DNA of 64,000 nt from Vicinamibacterales bacterium (GTDB lineage: Bacteria; Acidobacteriota; Vicinamibacteria; Vicinamibacterales; 2-12-FULL-66-21), in the NCBI GenBank assembly GCA_035711845.1, contig DASTBU010000126.1, forward strand, positions 1,039 through 65,038, read 5' to 3'. Every line of letters begins with the position of its first letter. Position 1 is the first letter of the stretch. The notes below the pieces were generated by a model. It saw nothing but the letters and a program-made list of their open reading frames with translations. It searched no databases and was not told the DNA's origin. Of this stretch, positions 48,349 to 58,205 are shown one piece after another. The position numbers were made by a program, and so were the translations under genes.

Positions 48349-49554
48349 ATGCAGGTGACGGATGTCGTGATTGTGGGGGCGGCGCGCACCCCGATAGGCA
48401 AGTACGGGGGAGCGTTCCGGAACGTCCATCCGGCGGAACTCGGGGCGGTCGCCGCGCGCGCGGCACTCGAGCGGGCGGGTGTCGCGCCGGAAGCGGTCGA
48501 CGAGGTGCTGATAGGGCACGGCCGGCAGGCCGGCTCGGGGCCGAACCCGGCGCGGCAGGTTGTCCGGCGCGCGGGACTCCCCGACTCGGTGCCCGCGCAG
48601 ACGATCAACAAGGCGTGCGCGTCCGGGATGCAGGCTGTGGCCACGGGCGCGCAGAGCATCATGCTCGGCGAGGCCGACGTCGTGGTCGCCGGCGGGATCG
48701 AGTCGATGAGCCGGATGCCGTACCTGATCGACGCGGAAGACGCCCGCTGGGGCCACCGAATGGGTCACTTCACGCTCGTCGACGCCATGTATCGCGACGG
48801 CTTCACCTGTTCGGTCTCCGGAATGATCATGGGTGAGACGGCGGAGCTGCTCGCCCGGCAATACGGGATCACGCGCGAAGAGTCCGACGCTTACGCGCTC
48901 GAATCGCAGCGCCGGGCTGGTGCGGCCATTCGCGACGGCCGATTCGATGCGGAGATCGCCCCGGTCACCGTCAGCGATGGGAAGACAGGTGCGAGGGTTG
49001 TCAGCTTGGACGAGCATCCACGGCCCGACACCACGCTCGAGGGTCTGCAGAAACTGAAGCCGGTGTTCGGCGCTGTCGAAGGCCACCCCGGAATCGTCAC
49101 GGCCGGCGTCTCCTCGGGGATCACCGACGGCGGCGCGGCGCTCGTGCTGATGCATGCGACGAAGGCCGCCGAAACCGGCATCAAGCCGATGGCGCGCCTG
49201 CTCGGATGGGCCTCCGCGGGCGTCGATCCGCGCATCATGGGAATCGGGCCCGTGCCGGCGATGCGGAAACTGTTCTCCCGCACGGGCCTCTCGCTGAAGG
49301 ATGTCGATCTGTTCGAGCTGAACGAGGCCTTTGCGCCTCAGGTGCTCGCCGTGCTCCGCGACGAGCCCATGCCGCTCGACAAGCTGAACGTGAACGGCGG
49401 GGCCATTTCCCTCGGTCACCCGATCGGCTGCACCGGCGCCCGGATCATCGTCACGCTCCTCTACGAGATGATCAGGCGCGACGCCCGCCGCGGACTCGCG
49501 ACGCTGTGCGTCAGCGGCGGGCTCGGCATGGCGATGGCGATCGAGAAATACTGA
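48349..49554 (+). CDS. Acetyl-CoA C-acetyltransferase (thiolase II)
   Basis: 401 aa. [12 protein letters not shown] (active Cys), [20 protein letters not shown] and [13 protein letters not shown]. Confidence 0.9.
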   Translation: MQVTDVVIVGAARTPIGKYGGAFRNVHPAELGAVAARAALERAGVAPEAVDEVLIGHGRQAGSGPNPARQVVRRAGLPDSVPAQTINKACASGMQAVATGAQSIMLGEADVVVAGGIESMSRMPYLIDAEDARWGHRMGHFTLVDAMYRDGFTCSVSGMIMGETAELLARQYGITREESDAYALESQRRAGAAIRDGRFDAEIAPVTVSDGKTGARVVSLDEHPRPDTTLEGLQKLKPVFGAVEGHPGIVTAGVSSGITDGGAALVLMHATKAAETGIKPMARLLGWASAGVDPRIMGIGPVPAMRKLFSRTGLSLKDVDLFELNEAFAPQVLAVLRDEPMPLDKLNVNGGAISLGHPIGCTGARIIVTLLYEMIRRDARRGLATLCVSGGLGMAMAIEKY

Positions 49555-49587
49555 AATGCTGAATGCTGAATGCTGAATGCTGAATGA
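49552..49587. repeat. Heptamer array (TGAATGC)x5 spanning a stop codon and the next start codon
   Basis: TGAAATGC TGAATGC TGAATGC TGAATGC TGAATGA. The first TGA is the thiolase stop (49552-54). ATG at 49556 opens a 6-codon ORF (MLNAEC) that ends at TGA 49574-76, immediately before the ATG at 49577. Confidence 0.9.
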
Positions 49588-50638
49588 AGTGCGTATTGCG
49601 GTCATTCCAGGCGACGGGATCGGCAAAGAGGTGACCGCGGAGGCGGTCAAGGTCCTTCGCGCGGTGGGCGAGCGATTCGGACGTCAGTTCGAGATCGAGC
49701 AACTGCCCTGGAGCGCCGACTACTACCTCGAGTCGGGCATCACGATGCCGCCCAATGGCTACGATCTCCTGAGACAGTTCGGCGCGATTTTCATCGGCGC
49801 ACTCGGCGATCCGCGCGTCCCCGACAATCGCCATGCACGCGACATCCTGCTCGGCACGCGGTTCGAGCTCGATCTCTACGTCAACTACCGGCCGGTCAAG
49901 CTGCTCGACGAGCGGCTCTGCCCGTTGAAGGGCCGAACCCCGGCCGACGTGAACTTCGTGGTCTTCCGCGAGAACACCGAAGGGCTCTACGTCGGCATCG
50001 GCGGCCGGTTCAAGGCAGGGACCGAGGATGAGATCGCCGTTCAGGAAGAAGTGAACACGTTCAAGGGCGTGCACCGGATCATCCGATATGCCTTCGAATT
50101 CGCACAGTCCAGGAGCCTGACGAAAGTGTGCATGGCCGACAAGAGCAACGCCATGACTCAGGGCCATGCGCTCTGGCAGCGGGTGTTCAGGGAGATCGCG
50201 CCGCTCTATCCATCCATCGAGGCCACGCACTATTACATCGACGCGCTCGCGATGTACATGGTGCTCGATCCGGGGCAGTTCCAGGTGATCGTCACGAACA
50301 ATCTCTTCGGGGACATCATCACCGACCTGGGCGCCACGTTCCAGGGCGGGCTGGGAATGGCGGCCTCCGGAAACATCCATCCCGGACGCACGTCCATGTT
50401 CGAGCCCGTACACGGATCTGCGCCGAAGTACGCAGGGAAGAACATCGCGAACCCCATCGGCGCCATCTCGTCAGCCGCCCTGATGCTCGAGACGATGCAC
50501 CTGGAGTCCGAAGCCGCGGCAGTCGAGGCAGCCGTCGTGAAGGCCGTTCGAGAGAAGCAGGTGACGCAGGACATCGGGGGACAACTGGGGACGACCCAGG
50601 CAGGGGACTACATTGCAGGTCAGGTGAGACAGGCGTAA
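49577..50638 (+). CDS. Tartrate / D-malate dehydrogenase-like enzyme (isocitrate-isopropylmalate dehydrogenase family)
   Basis: 353 aa. IAVIPGDGIGKEV, WSADYY, GALGDPRVPD, NYRPVK, RENTEGLY and NLFGDIITDL. Confidence 0.8.
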   Translation: MLNEVRIAVIPGDGIGKEVTAEAVKVLRAVGERFGRQFEIEQLPWSADYYLESGITMPPNGYDLLRQFGAIFIGALGDPRVPDNRHARDILLGTRFELDLYVNYRPVKLLDERLCPLKGRTPADVNFVVFRENTEGLYVGIGGRFKAGTEDEIAVQEEVNTFKGVHRIIRYAFEFAQSRSLTKVCMADKSNAMTQGHALWQRVFREIAPLYPSIEATHYYIDALAMYMVLDPGQFQVIVTNNLFGDIITDLGATFQGGLGMAASGNIHPGRTSMFEPVHGSAPKYAGKNIANPIGAISSAALMLETMHLESEAAAVEAAVVKAVREKQVTQDIGGQLGTTQAGDYIAGQVRQA

Positions 50639-50640
50639 CC

Positions 50641-51819
50641 ATGACAACAGACATCTTCATCCTGGGCGGCGCGCGCACGCCCATGGGCGAGTACAACGGC
50701 AGGCTGAAGGGGCTTTCGGCACTGGAGCTCGGGAGCATGGCGGCCCGCGCGGCGCTCGAGCGGACGGGCGTACGGCCGGAGGCGGTCGATCACGTCGTCT
50801 TCGGCAACGTTCTGCAAACCAGTTCGGATGCGGTCTACGGAGCCCGGCACGTCGGGTTGAAGGCGGGATTGCCCGTCGAGGTGCCGGCGCTGACCGTCAA
50901 CCGGCTCTGCGGATCCGGGATTCAGGCGGCGGTCAGCGGTGGACAGATGGTCCGGCTGGGTGAAGCTGACGTCGTGTTGACCGGCGGCATGGAGAGCATG
51001 AGCCAGGCGCCGCACGTCATACGCGGGCTCCGCAGCGGCCTGCGGCTCGGCCAGGGAGAGCTGGAAGACTCGCTCTGGTCGGCCCTGCTGGACACGCACT
51101 GCGGATGCACGATGGCGGTCACCGCCGAGAACTGCGCTGCAAGGTACGGCATCTCCCGCGAGGAGCAGGATTGCTACGCACTCCGGAGCCAGCAGCTCGC
51201 GGACAAGGCGTGGAGGGAGGGGCGACTCAAAGAAGAGGTCGTTCCGGTCGAGATGAAGGGACGCAAGGGCGTTGACGTGTTCGCACAAGACGATCACATG
51301 AGGCCCGACTCGACGATGGAGGGTTTGGCGAAGCTGCCGCCGGCATTCAGCAAGAACGGTTGCGTGACGGCCGGCAACGCCTCGGGCATCGTCGATGGCG
51401 GTGCGGCGCTGGTCCTCGCATCCGAGGCTGGCCTGAAGAAGCACGGGCTGACGCCGCTGGCACGGCTCACGCACTGGGCGAGCGTCGGGGTCGAGCCGAC
51501 GCTGATGGGGATCGGCCCGGTACCCGCCACCCGACTCGTTCTTCAAAAGGCGGGACTGACGCTCGATGACATCGACCTGATCGAGGTGAACGAGGCGTTT
51601 GCGGCACAGTACCTCGCAGTCGAAAAAGAGCTCGGCCTCGACCGCGAGAAGGTGAACGTGAATGGCGGCGCCATCGCCCTCGGTCACCCGCTCGGGATGA
51701 CGGGCACGCGGCTGTTGCTCACGCTCGTGCTCGAGCTGCGGCGGCGCAAGAAGAAGCGCGGACTTGCGACGGCCTGCATCGGAGGCGGACAGGGGATCGC
51801 GGCGATAGTAGAAGTCTAG
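50641..51819 (+). CDS. Acetyl-CoA acetyltransferase / beta-ketothiolase (second copy)
   Basis: ATG at 50641 ([16 protein letters not shown]). VNRLCGSG (active Cys), [17 protein letters not shown] and CIGGGQGIA. Confidence 0.9.
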   Translation: MTTDIFILGGARTPMGEYNGRLKGLSALELGSMAARAALERTGVRPEAVDHVVFGNVLQTSSDAVYGARHVGLKAGLPVEVPALTVNRLCGSGIQAAVSGGQMVRLGEADVVLTGGMESMSQAPHVIRGLRSGLRLGQGELEDSLWSALLDTHCGCTMAVTAENCAARYGISREEQDCYALRSQQLADKAWREGRLKEEVVPVEMKGRKGVDVFAQDDHMRPDSTMEGLAKLPPAFSKNGCVTAGNASGIVDGGAALVLASEAGLKKHGLTPLARLTHWASVGVEPTLMGIGPVPATRLVLQKAGLTLDDIDLIEVNEAFAAQYLAVEKELGLDREKVNVNGGAIALGHPLGMTGTRLLLTLVLELRRRKKKRGLATACIGGGQGIAAIVEV

Positions 51820-52010
51820 TGAATCGGCACATTGTCGATTCGTTCATTGCTGAATGCAGATTCATTGACGAATGCGGGTGGTGGATTGGGGATTCAATTC
51901 GATGATTGTCGACTGCGGCGCGCCAATCATCAATAGGCGAATGAAATCTCCAAGCTCCAATCTGCAATCCTTAAATCAATCTACAATCCGCAATCGACGA
52001 ATCTCCAATT
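51820..52010. repeat. ~190-nt composite palindrome of heptamer units (GAATG/GATTG arm, GGCGCGCC centre, CAATC arm)
   Basis: Left units are TGAATCG ... TGCTGAA TGCAGAT TCATTGA CGAATGC ... GGATTGG GGATTCA. The centre GGCGCGCC is at 51917-24. Right units are AATCATC ... ATCTCCA AGCTCCA ATCTGCA ATCCTTA AATCAAT CTACAAT CCGCAAT. It starts directly after the stop codon. Confidence 0.85.
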
Positions 52011-52023
52011 CTTAGAGGGTTCC

Positions 52024-52872
52024 ATGGAGATCAAGACAGTAGGGGTTCTCGGATGCGGGTTGATGGGGTCCGGAATCGCACAGGTGTGTGCCGCGGCAGG
52101 CTACAAGACGATCGTTCGAGAGGTCGAGGAGGGGTTTCTCGAGAAGGGCATGGGCCGGATCGAGAAGTTTCTCGCCGACGGCGTGGCCAAGGGAAAGGTC
52201 ACGGCCGACGCCCAGGCGAAGACGCTCGGCAACCTGTCGGGGACCACGAAATTCGATGACCTGAAGCTCTGCGACCTGATCATCGAGGCGATCGTCGAGA
52301 ACGTGGACGAGAAAACGAAGACGTTCGCCGCGCTCGATGCCGTCGTCACCGACCAGACCATCTTTTGCTCCAACACGTCGTCGCTCTGCATCATGGAACT
52401 AGCGGCCAGGACGAAGCGGCCCGACCGCTTCGCGGGCCTCCACTTCTTCAATCCGGTGCCGCTCATGAAGCTCGTGGAGGTCATCCGGGCCCTCACGACC
52501 AGCGACGAGGCCTACAAGACGGTTTTCGCATTCGCGCAGTCGCTCGGCAAGGAGCCGATCACGGCGCCCGACAAGCCGGGGTTCATCGTCAACCGGCTGC
52601 TCGTTCCGTACTTGCTCGACGCCATACGCTCGTACGAGCATGGACTGGGGACCATCGAGGACATCGACAAGGGCATGAAGCTCGGCACGGGGTATCCGAT
52701 GGGCCCGTTCACGCTGCTGGACTTCGTCGGCCTCGACACGACGTATTACATCGCCAACATCATGTTCGACGAGTATCGCGAGCCTGCCTATGCGCCGCCG
52801 CCGCTCCTCAAGCGGATGGTGCTCGCCGGACGACTGGGAAGGAAGTCAGGTCGAGGCTTCTATAAGTACTGA
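52024..52872 (+). CDS. hbd: 3-hydroxybutyryl-CoA dehydrogenase
   Basis: 282 aa. VGVLGCGLMGSGIAQ, NTSSL, HFFNPVP, GFIVNRLL and GPFTLLDFVGLD. Confidence 0.9.
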   Translation: MEIKTVGVLGCGLMGSGIAQVCAAAGYKTIVREVEEGFLEKGMGRIEKFLADGVAKGKVTADAQAKTLGNLSGTTKFDDLKLCDLIIEAIVENVDEKTKTFAALDAVVTDQTIFCSNTSSLCIMELAARTKRPDRFAGLHFFNPVPLMKLVEVIRALTTSDEAYKTVFAFAQSLGKEPITAPDKPGFIVNRLLVPYLLDAIRSYEHGLGTIEDIDKGMKLGTGYPMGPFTLLDFVGLDTTYYIANIMFDEYREPAYAPPPLLKRMVLAGRLGRKSGRGFYKY

Positions 52873-52879
52873 CACTCAG

Positions 52880-52914
52880 AATTCTGAATTCGGAATTCTG
52901 AATTCTGAATTACC
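52880..52914. repeat. Heptamer array (AATTCTG)x5, self-complementary through GAATTC cores
   Basis: AATTCTG AATTCGG AATTCTG AATTCTG AATTACC, between convergent genes. It overlaps the stop codon of the minus-strand gene (52910-12). Confidence 0.9.
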
Positions 52915-53617
52915 GCATCATCTTCAGCATCGCCGCCGCCTTGTCCTTGAACTCACGGTCCTCTGGCGCCCAGGCAGGATCGAGAGGAGCATCCAGGATC
53001 TTCTGCAGCGCTTCGCGGGCCTCCGGCTCGCGATCGAGCTCGATCAGCGTCTCGGCGAGGAAGAAGAGCGAGGCCGTGCTGTTCGGGTTGAAGGTCAGGG
53101 ATTTGCGCAGGTGCTCCTCGGATTTCTTCTTCGAGCCGCCGAACAGGCCCGGAACCTTGTAGTACCAGCGTCCGAGCGCGCGATCGGCCGAGCCCTGTTG
53201 AAAGCCCGGATCGAGGTCGAGGACCTTCAGCAGGTTCTGTTTGATATCGCCGCGGTATTTCAGCCCCTGCCGCAGCCCGTGCGATTCGGCGAGGGCACCC
53301 ATATTGGCGGCGATCCAGAAGTAACCCTCTGGCCGCTTCGGTTGAGCGGACACCGCCGCCCGCCCGGCCTGGATGCCTTCCTGCAGGATCCTCTTCCCTT
53401 CCTCCTCCTGCGCGTGCTTGCCGAGCCAGTATCTGGCGCGCGCGAGCTTCCAGGCGGCCTCGAAATCAGCGGCATTCCTTGCCAGCCGGTCTGCCCATAT
53501 GGATGCCGCGCGCCCCGCGCTGGCCAGGTCGTCCCGGCGGGCGTAGAGTGCGTCGGGGTCCTCGACGGCCTGTGCCAGACCGGAGCCTGATACCCTGCCC
53601 GACTCCGCTGGGTGCAT
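52910..53617 (-). CDS. TPR-like hypothetical protein
   Basis: Helical repeat pattern ([52 protein letters not shown]). The start is ambiguous. ATG at 53617 avoids overlap with folE. ATG at 53698 or 53695 would add a hydrophobic N-terminus but would overlap the folE 5' end. Confidence 0.55.
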   Translation of the reverse strand: MHPAESGRVSGSGLAQAVEDPDALYARRDDLASAGRAASIWADRLARNAADFEAAWKLARARYWLGKHAQEEEGKRILQEGIQAGRAAVSAQPKRPEGYFWIAANMGALAESHGLRQGLKYRGDIKQNLLKVLDLDPGFQQGSADRALGRWYYKVPGLFGGSKKKSEEHLRKSLTFNPNSTASLFFLAETLIELDREPEAREALQKILDAPLDPAWAPEDREFKDKAAAMLKMMR

Positions 53618-53672
53618 CGTGCAGGGCGGGCCAGCGGGCAGGCACGTCCCGAAAGCGCTGGAAATCGCGATG

Positions 53673-53678
53673 TACAAT
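53673..53678 (+). promoter_or_regulatory. -10-like box TACAAT, 6 nt upstream of the folE ATG at 53685
   Basis: TACAAT-AGGAAA-ATG read directly. Confidence 0.3.
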
Positions 53679-53684
53679 AGGAAA

Positions 53685-54287
53685 ATGCAGGACATCATCA
53701 GGCAGTTGCTCGCCGAGCTTGGCGAGGATCCCGCGCGCGAAGGACTGCTCGACACGCCCAAGCGCGTCGAGAGCGCGATGCGCTTCCTGACCAGCGGCTA
53801 CGGGGCCGACGTCGATGCGGTGCTGAACAACGCGCTCTTCACCGTCGATTATAACGAGATGGTGATTGTCAAGGACATCGACTTCTACAGCCTGTGCGAA
53901 CACCACCTGCTGCCGTTCTTTGGCCGGTGTCACGTGGCCTACATCCCGCAGGGGAGTGTGATCGGCCTCAGCAAGATCCCGCGGCTGGTCGAAATCTACT
54001 CGCGGCGCCTGCAGATTCAGGAGCGTCTCACCAGCCAGATTGCCGAGACGCTGCGCGAGAAGGTGCGGCCGATGGGGGTGGCCGTCGTGATGGAGGCTTC
54101 GCACCTGTGCATGTCCATGCGTGGAGTCGAGAAGCAGAACTCCGTCGCGGTCACGAGCGCGATGCTGGGCGTCTTTCGTGAGGATGCTCGCACGCGGCTC
54201 GAGTTCCTGGAGCTGATCAAGCGTCCGGAGATGGCCGAGCGGTCTCTCAGGACGGCGTTGCCGGGGATGGAGTGCGTGAGCGACTAG
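53685..54287 (+). CDS. folE: GTP cyclohydrolase I (FolE type 1)
   Basis: [37 protein letters not shown] and [12 protein letters not shown]. The start is taken at MQDIIRQLL; in-frame upstream ATGs at 53670 and 53619 are possible. Confidence 0.9.
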   Translation: MQDIIRQLLAELGEDPAREGLLDTPKRVESAMRFLTSGYGADVDAVLNNALFTVDYNEMVIVKDIDFYSLCEHHLLPFFGRCHVAYIPQGSVIGLSKIPRLVEIYSRRLQIQERLTSQIAETLREKVRPMGVAVVMEASHLCMSMRGVEKQNSVAVTSAMLGVFREDARTRLEFLELIKRPEMAERSLRTALPGMECVSD

Positions 54288-54299
54288 CACCGCGCGCTG

Positions 54300-55088
54300 T
54301 CAGCACACCGCACGCCTGATGCAGTCGTGCAGCCGCGCGACGCCCTCGGTCAACGACGCCGGTCCCGGCTGCAAAATGTAGGTCGACTTGATCTCGTAGA
54401 TGTGATCGTTGCGCACGGCGCTGACGTTCTCCCAGCCCGGCCGCTCGACGATGGTCCGCTTCTTCAAGGCTTTCCCGCACCAGGATGCGATCACGATCTC
54501 CGGATCCTTTTGAGCGACGGCATCGGCGCTGACGATTCGATCCTTGGCGAGGCGCTCGGTTCGCAGCTCGCGGAACAACGGCTCGCCGCCGGCAATCTCG
54601 ATGAGCTCGTCCACCCAGCAGATGCTCGAGATCAAGGGATCGTCCCACTCTTCGAAGAACACGCGGGGCCGGCGGGGGAGCGCGTCCGCGCTGGCTCGCA
54701 CTTGCTCGAGCCCCTGCTCCAGCGAACGGACCAGTTCCCCGGCGGCTTCGACCCGTCCGACCAGCCCGCCGAGGATCCGAATCATCTGAAGGATCTCGGC
54801 CACGCTCCGCTGATTGAACGTCACGACGGGATAACCGCGGCGAATCAGCTCGGCGGCGATCTCGGCCTGCAGATCCGAAAAGGCGAGGATCAGATCCGGA
54901 CGGAGCGCGTCGATCTTCTCGAACCGCGCGTTGATGAACGCCGAGACCTTCGGCTTCGATCGCGCCTCCGGCGGCCGCACCGTGTACCCGGAAATGCCGA
55001 CGATGCGGTCGCCTTCACCGAGGAGATAGAGCGTCTCGGTTGTTTCTTCCGTGAGGCAGATGATGCGGTTGGGGTACTTGTCGGACAT
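54300..55088 (-). CDS. TroA/BtuF-like (Peripla_BP_2) cobalamin- or siderophore-type binding protein without recognisable signal peptide
   Basis: ATG at 55088 (MSDKYPNRIICLTEETTETLYLLG). DRIVGIS, LRPDLILA and WDDPLISS are typical of class III substrate-binding proteins. Confidence 0.65.
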   Translation of the reverse strand: MSDKYPNRIICLTEETTETLYLLGEGDRIVGISGYTVRPPEARSKPKVSAFINARFEKIDALRPDLILAFSDLQAEIAAELIRRGYPVVTFNQRSVAEILQMIRILGGLVGRVEAAGELVRSLEQGLEQVRASADALPRRPRVFFEEWDDPLISSICWVDELIEIAGGEPLFRELRTERLAKDRIVSADAVAQKDPEIVIASWCGKALKKRTIVERPGWENVSAVRNDHIYEIKSTYILQPGPASLTEGVARLHDCIRRAVC

Positions 55089-55111
55089 GTGGAGACCCAG
55101 AGAGATAGAGA

Positions 55112-55310
55112 CACGGAGGTTTGGCACGGGCACGGGGGCACGGGGGCCACGGGACCAGGCGAGCGACCAGTCGGCACAGCCCGCAGATGTGAGCCTCGAC
55201 GCACCCGCCTGCACCAGGCTGCCGGGTGCGGCGGCGCTGACCGATCCCCGTGGCCCCCGTGCCCCCGTGGCCCCGTGCTGACTTTCCCCCGTGCTGACTC
55301 TTCCCCGTGC
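55112..55310. repeat. Inverted CACGGGG / CCCCGTG repeat element (7-9 nt period, plus 2 x 16-nt CTGACTYTTCCCCGTG)
   Basis: Left: CACGG at 55112, then CACGGG at 55125, 55131, 55139 and 55148. Right: CCCGTG at 55247, 55256, 55264, 55272, 55288 and 55304. An inner GCACCCG...CGGGTGC hairpin is also present. Confidence 0.75.
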
Positions 55311-55328
55311 GGCCGCCCCCACCGTTCC

Positions 55329-58205
55329 TCACCTCCCTGACGCCATCAGCTTTCCTCGCAGTTCCTCGATCCAGTTCTGCACCAAGACGAGCTGCAGCCG
55401 TGACGCCGGCGTGTCGGTGCTGGACCGCAGCATCAGGAAGCGCTGGTCGTCTGCCGAGACTTCGAAGTCGGGTCCGAGCTGGCCGCCGAACGGCTCGTAG
55501 GCGAACAAGCGTGCATGGCCGAGTACGGTGAATGTCTTGCCGGTCCCGACGGATGCGGCGACGAACGATTGGCCGTCGTAGTAGAACAACTCGCCGCCGC
55601 GGTGCGCCCAGCGTGGCGACGTTCCGCCTGCCAGCGATACCTGCGACTTGCCGTTGGCAACGTCGGGGAACGGGCGAACGTAGATTTCGAAGCGGCCCGA
55701 CTCGTCCGACTGGTAAGCCATCCAGCGTCCATCAGGCGAGATCTGGGGCCGCAACTGCGCGAACGCGCCCGTGAGCAGCCGGCGAGGGCTGTCCGGGGAG
55801 CCTGGCACGAGCGCGTAAATCGATTGCTCGCCGTAGCTGCGGAACTCCGTGAAGAGCAGCGTGCGGCCGTCGTGCGACCACCCGTGCGGCGTGTGAAGCC
55901 GGCTGCCCGAGGTGGTGAGCCGCCGGACCCGACTGCTGCCATCGATCGTCTCCAGAAACAGGCCGCCGCCATCGCGTTCCGATCGATAGACTACCGCGCG
56001 GCCGTCCGGCGTCCACGACGGCGCGGTCTCGGACGTGGGATCGCGGGTCAGCCGGGTCATCGTTCCGTGCTCGATGTCGCCCACCCAGATATGCGTGTTG
56101 TCCCGTTCGCTCACCGCCAGTGCGATTCGGCGGCCGTCGCGCGAGAGGGCCGCGCGCGTGTAGCCCCGTGGCTCGAAGCGGAGCGGCGTCTCCCTGCCGC
56201 TCCGATTCAGCCAGACCAGCTGGCGTTCCCGCACTTCCACCCGGCGCGGGGCGTACATGAGCGATCCTGCTGCCACGTCAAAATGCGCGGTTGCGCTGGC
56301 AGCCGTATCGAGCGCTTCCACCACCGGAACGGCCTCGCCTGTGATTTGCAGCCGGCGCTCGTCGAAGGGCGCTGCCCACATCGTATGGTCGCGGACGAAC
56401 AGCAGATAGCCCGGAGCGAGATAGCGTGGCTGCGATCCGGCTGTTAGAACGGTTACCCTCTTCGTGTCGAGCCGCACGACGGCCACCAGCCGCTCCTGCG
56501 CGCGCACGATTGTGAAGAGCGCTGCGTCCCCGCCGGGCATGACGTGCGGGAACGTGTGCGCGAGGTCGCCCGCGGCAACGTCGAGCAGCGTCACCGGTTC
56601 CGGTGTGCCGCCGCTTGCCGCGACCCGGTTGAGCATTCGCCCGGTTGCGGTCGAGAAGACGATCGTATTCCCGCCCCAGCTCGCAGTCGCTCCTCCCGGC
56701 GCCGGACAGATGGTGACAGGTGTTCCGCCATCGACCGACAGCTTCTGCAGTGTGCCGGCGCCATCGAATGCGAGCCATGCGCCGTCGGGCGAAAAGAACG
56801 GCCCGGCCGCGTTCGTTGTGCCCGGGATCGGTTCCGACTCCATCCCGTCGAGCGCATGCTTGAAGAGCTGAACGGTGCCGGCCCGGCTCGCACGATAGAC
56901 GACGGTACGGCCATCGGGGGAGAGTGACGCGACCTGCTGGGCACTCGCGATCAGCACATCCGATGCAGGGACCGGTACCGCCAGTCGAACCACCGCGGGC
57001 GGACGTGCCCGCCAGGCCCGAGGCAGCAGAACACCCCCGCCGATTCCTGCGATCAGAATGAATGTGGCCGCAGCCGCCCTGAACGCCGTCGATCCCCAGC
57101 GAGGCCGGCGTTCCCACGGTCCGGCCTTGCCATCCCCGTGCTGCGTTCGTCCGAGATCGAGCATGGCACTGCCAAGATCGGCGAGCCGCCCCGCCGGGTC
57201 CTTTGTCAGCGCACGCCGCAGCACCCGCCGAACATGTTCGGGCGTGGCAGCCGGCAGCAGCGAGAAGTCCGCCTCGCGTTCGACCACGTGCGCGATGGTG
57301 TCCTGCGTCGTGTCGCGGTCGAAAGCGCGCACGCCCGTCAGCATCTCGTAGAGCACGCAGCCGAATGCCCAGACGTCAGCGCGGTAGTCGACCTCCACGC
57401 CCCGCGCCTGCTCGGGTGACATGTACGCCGGAGTTCCGACAATCCGGCCCGGATCGTGGAGCGACGTGATGTCGGCAGCACTGCTTCCAACCGCTTTTGC
57501 GAGCCCGAAGTCGAGGATCTTGACCGTGCCGTCGGCGATGACCGACACGTTGGCCGGTTTCAGATCGCGGTGCACGATCCCTCGTCGGTGCGCGGCTTGG
57601 AGGGCAAGCGCGATCTGGGTGGCGACGGACAACACCTCCCGAATTGGGAGGGGGCCCGACCCGATGCGCTCGGCGAGCGTCGTGCCTTCGACGTACTCGA
57701 GCACGAGTGCCTGGCGGTCGCCGTCTTCAGCCAGGCCGTAAATGGCAGCGATGTTCGGATGGTTGAGTGAAGCCAGGAGCCGCGCCTCTCGGTCGAAGCG
57801 CGCCAGCCGCTGGCGATCCTCGACGAACTCCCGCGGCAATACTTTGAGCGCCACCATGCGCCCGAGACGCTCGTCCCGTGCGCGGTAGACTTCGCCCATG
57901 CCGCCGCGCCCGACGAGCTCGAGCACCACGTAGGTGGTGAAGCGCTGGCCCGGCTCGAGTGCCGGGGGCTCCGCCTCGTGGGCCTCCTCCCAGGCCTCGG
58001 ACAGCAAGCCTGCCATGGCGAGCCCGCTCCGCTCGAGGAATCCGTCGTCCTGTTCCGCTTCCGCAAGAACGTCGAGGAGCGCCTCCGCAAGATCCGGATT
58101 GTGGCCGGCCTCGCGACCGATGAACGCGCGGCGTTCCTCGGGTGGATGGTCGAGCGCCCGGTCCAGCAGGTCGTTTGCTTCCGGCCACTTGCCGAGATCG
58201 CTCAC
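55329..58205 (-). CDS. Ser/Thr protein kinase with TM segment and C-terminal TolB-like PD40 beta-propeller
   Basis: GTG at 58205 overlaps the sigma gene stop (GTGA). Kinase motifs GRGGMGEVY, VALKVL, HRDLKPANV, DFGLAK and GTPAYMSPE. TM helix AAATFILIAGIGGGVLL. Repeated PD40-type segments (SPDGRTVVY, SPDGAWLAF, SRDGRRIAL, TPDGRAVVY, SHDGRTLLF, SPDGRWMAY). Confidence 0.85.
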   Translation of the reverse strand: MSDLGKWPEANDLLDRALDHPPEERRAFIGREAGHNPDLAEALLDVLAEAEQDDGFLERSGLAMAGLLSEAWEEAHEAEPPALEPGQRFTTYVVLELVGRGGMGEVYRARDERLGRMVALKVLPREFVEDRQRLARFDREARLLASLNHPNIAAIYGLAEDGDRQALVLEYVEGTTLAERIGSGPLPIREVLSVATQIALALQAAHRRGIVHRDLKPANVSVIADGTVKILDFGLAKAVGSSAADITSLHDPGRIVGTPAYMSPEQARGVEVDYRADVWAFGCVLYEMLTGVRAFDRDTTQDTIAHVVEREADFSLLPAATPEHVRRVLRRALTKDPAGRLADLGSAMLDLGRTQHGDGKAGPWERRPRWGSTAFRAAAATFILIAGIGGGVLLPRAWRARPPAVVRLAVPVPASDVLIASAQQVASLSPDGRTVVYRASRAGTVQLFKHALDGMESEPIPGTTNAAGPFFSPDGAWLAFDGAGTLQKLSVDGGTPVTICPAPGGATASWGGNTIVFSTATGRMLNRVAASGGTPEPVTLLDVAAGDLAHTFPHVMPGGDAALFTIVRAQERLVAVVRLDTKRVTVLTAGSQPRYLAPGYLLFVRDHTMWAAPFDERRLQITGEAVPVVEALDTAASATAHFDVAAGSLMYAPRRVEVRERQLVWLNRSGRETPLRFEPRGYTRAALSRDGRRIALAVSERDNTHIWVGDIEHGTMTRLTRDPTSETAPSWTPDGRAVVYRSERDGGGLFLETIDGSSRVRRLTTSGSRLHTPHGWSHDGRTLLFTEFRSYGEQSIYALVPGSPDSPRRLLTGAFAQLRPQISPDGRWMAYQSDESGRFEIYVRPFPDVANGKSQVSLAGGTSPRWAHRGGELFYYDGQSFVAASVGTGKTFTVLGHARLFAYEPFGGQLGPDFEVSADDQRFLMLRSSTDTPASRLQLVLVQNWIEELRGKLMASGR

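Noticed and set aside
53615-53700. Overlap of divergent 5' ends of folE and the TPR-like gene, and a possible signal peptide [17 protein letters not shown]
   Set aside because: The hydrophobic N-terminus lacks a positively charged n-region, and using it would place both starts inside each other's coding region. Third-codon-position GC is high in both overlapping frames, so it cannot discriminate. I annotated the non-overlapping starts and flagged the ambiguity.
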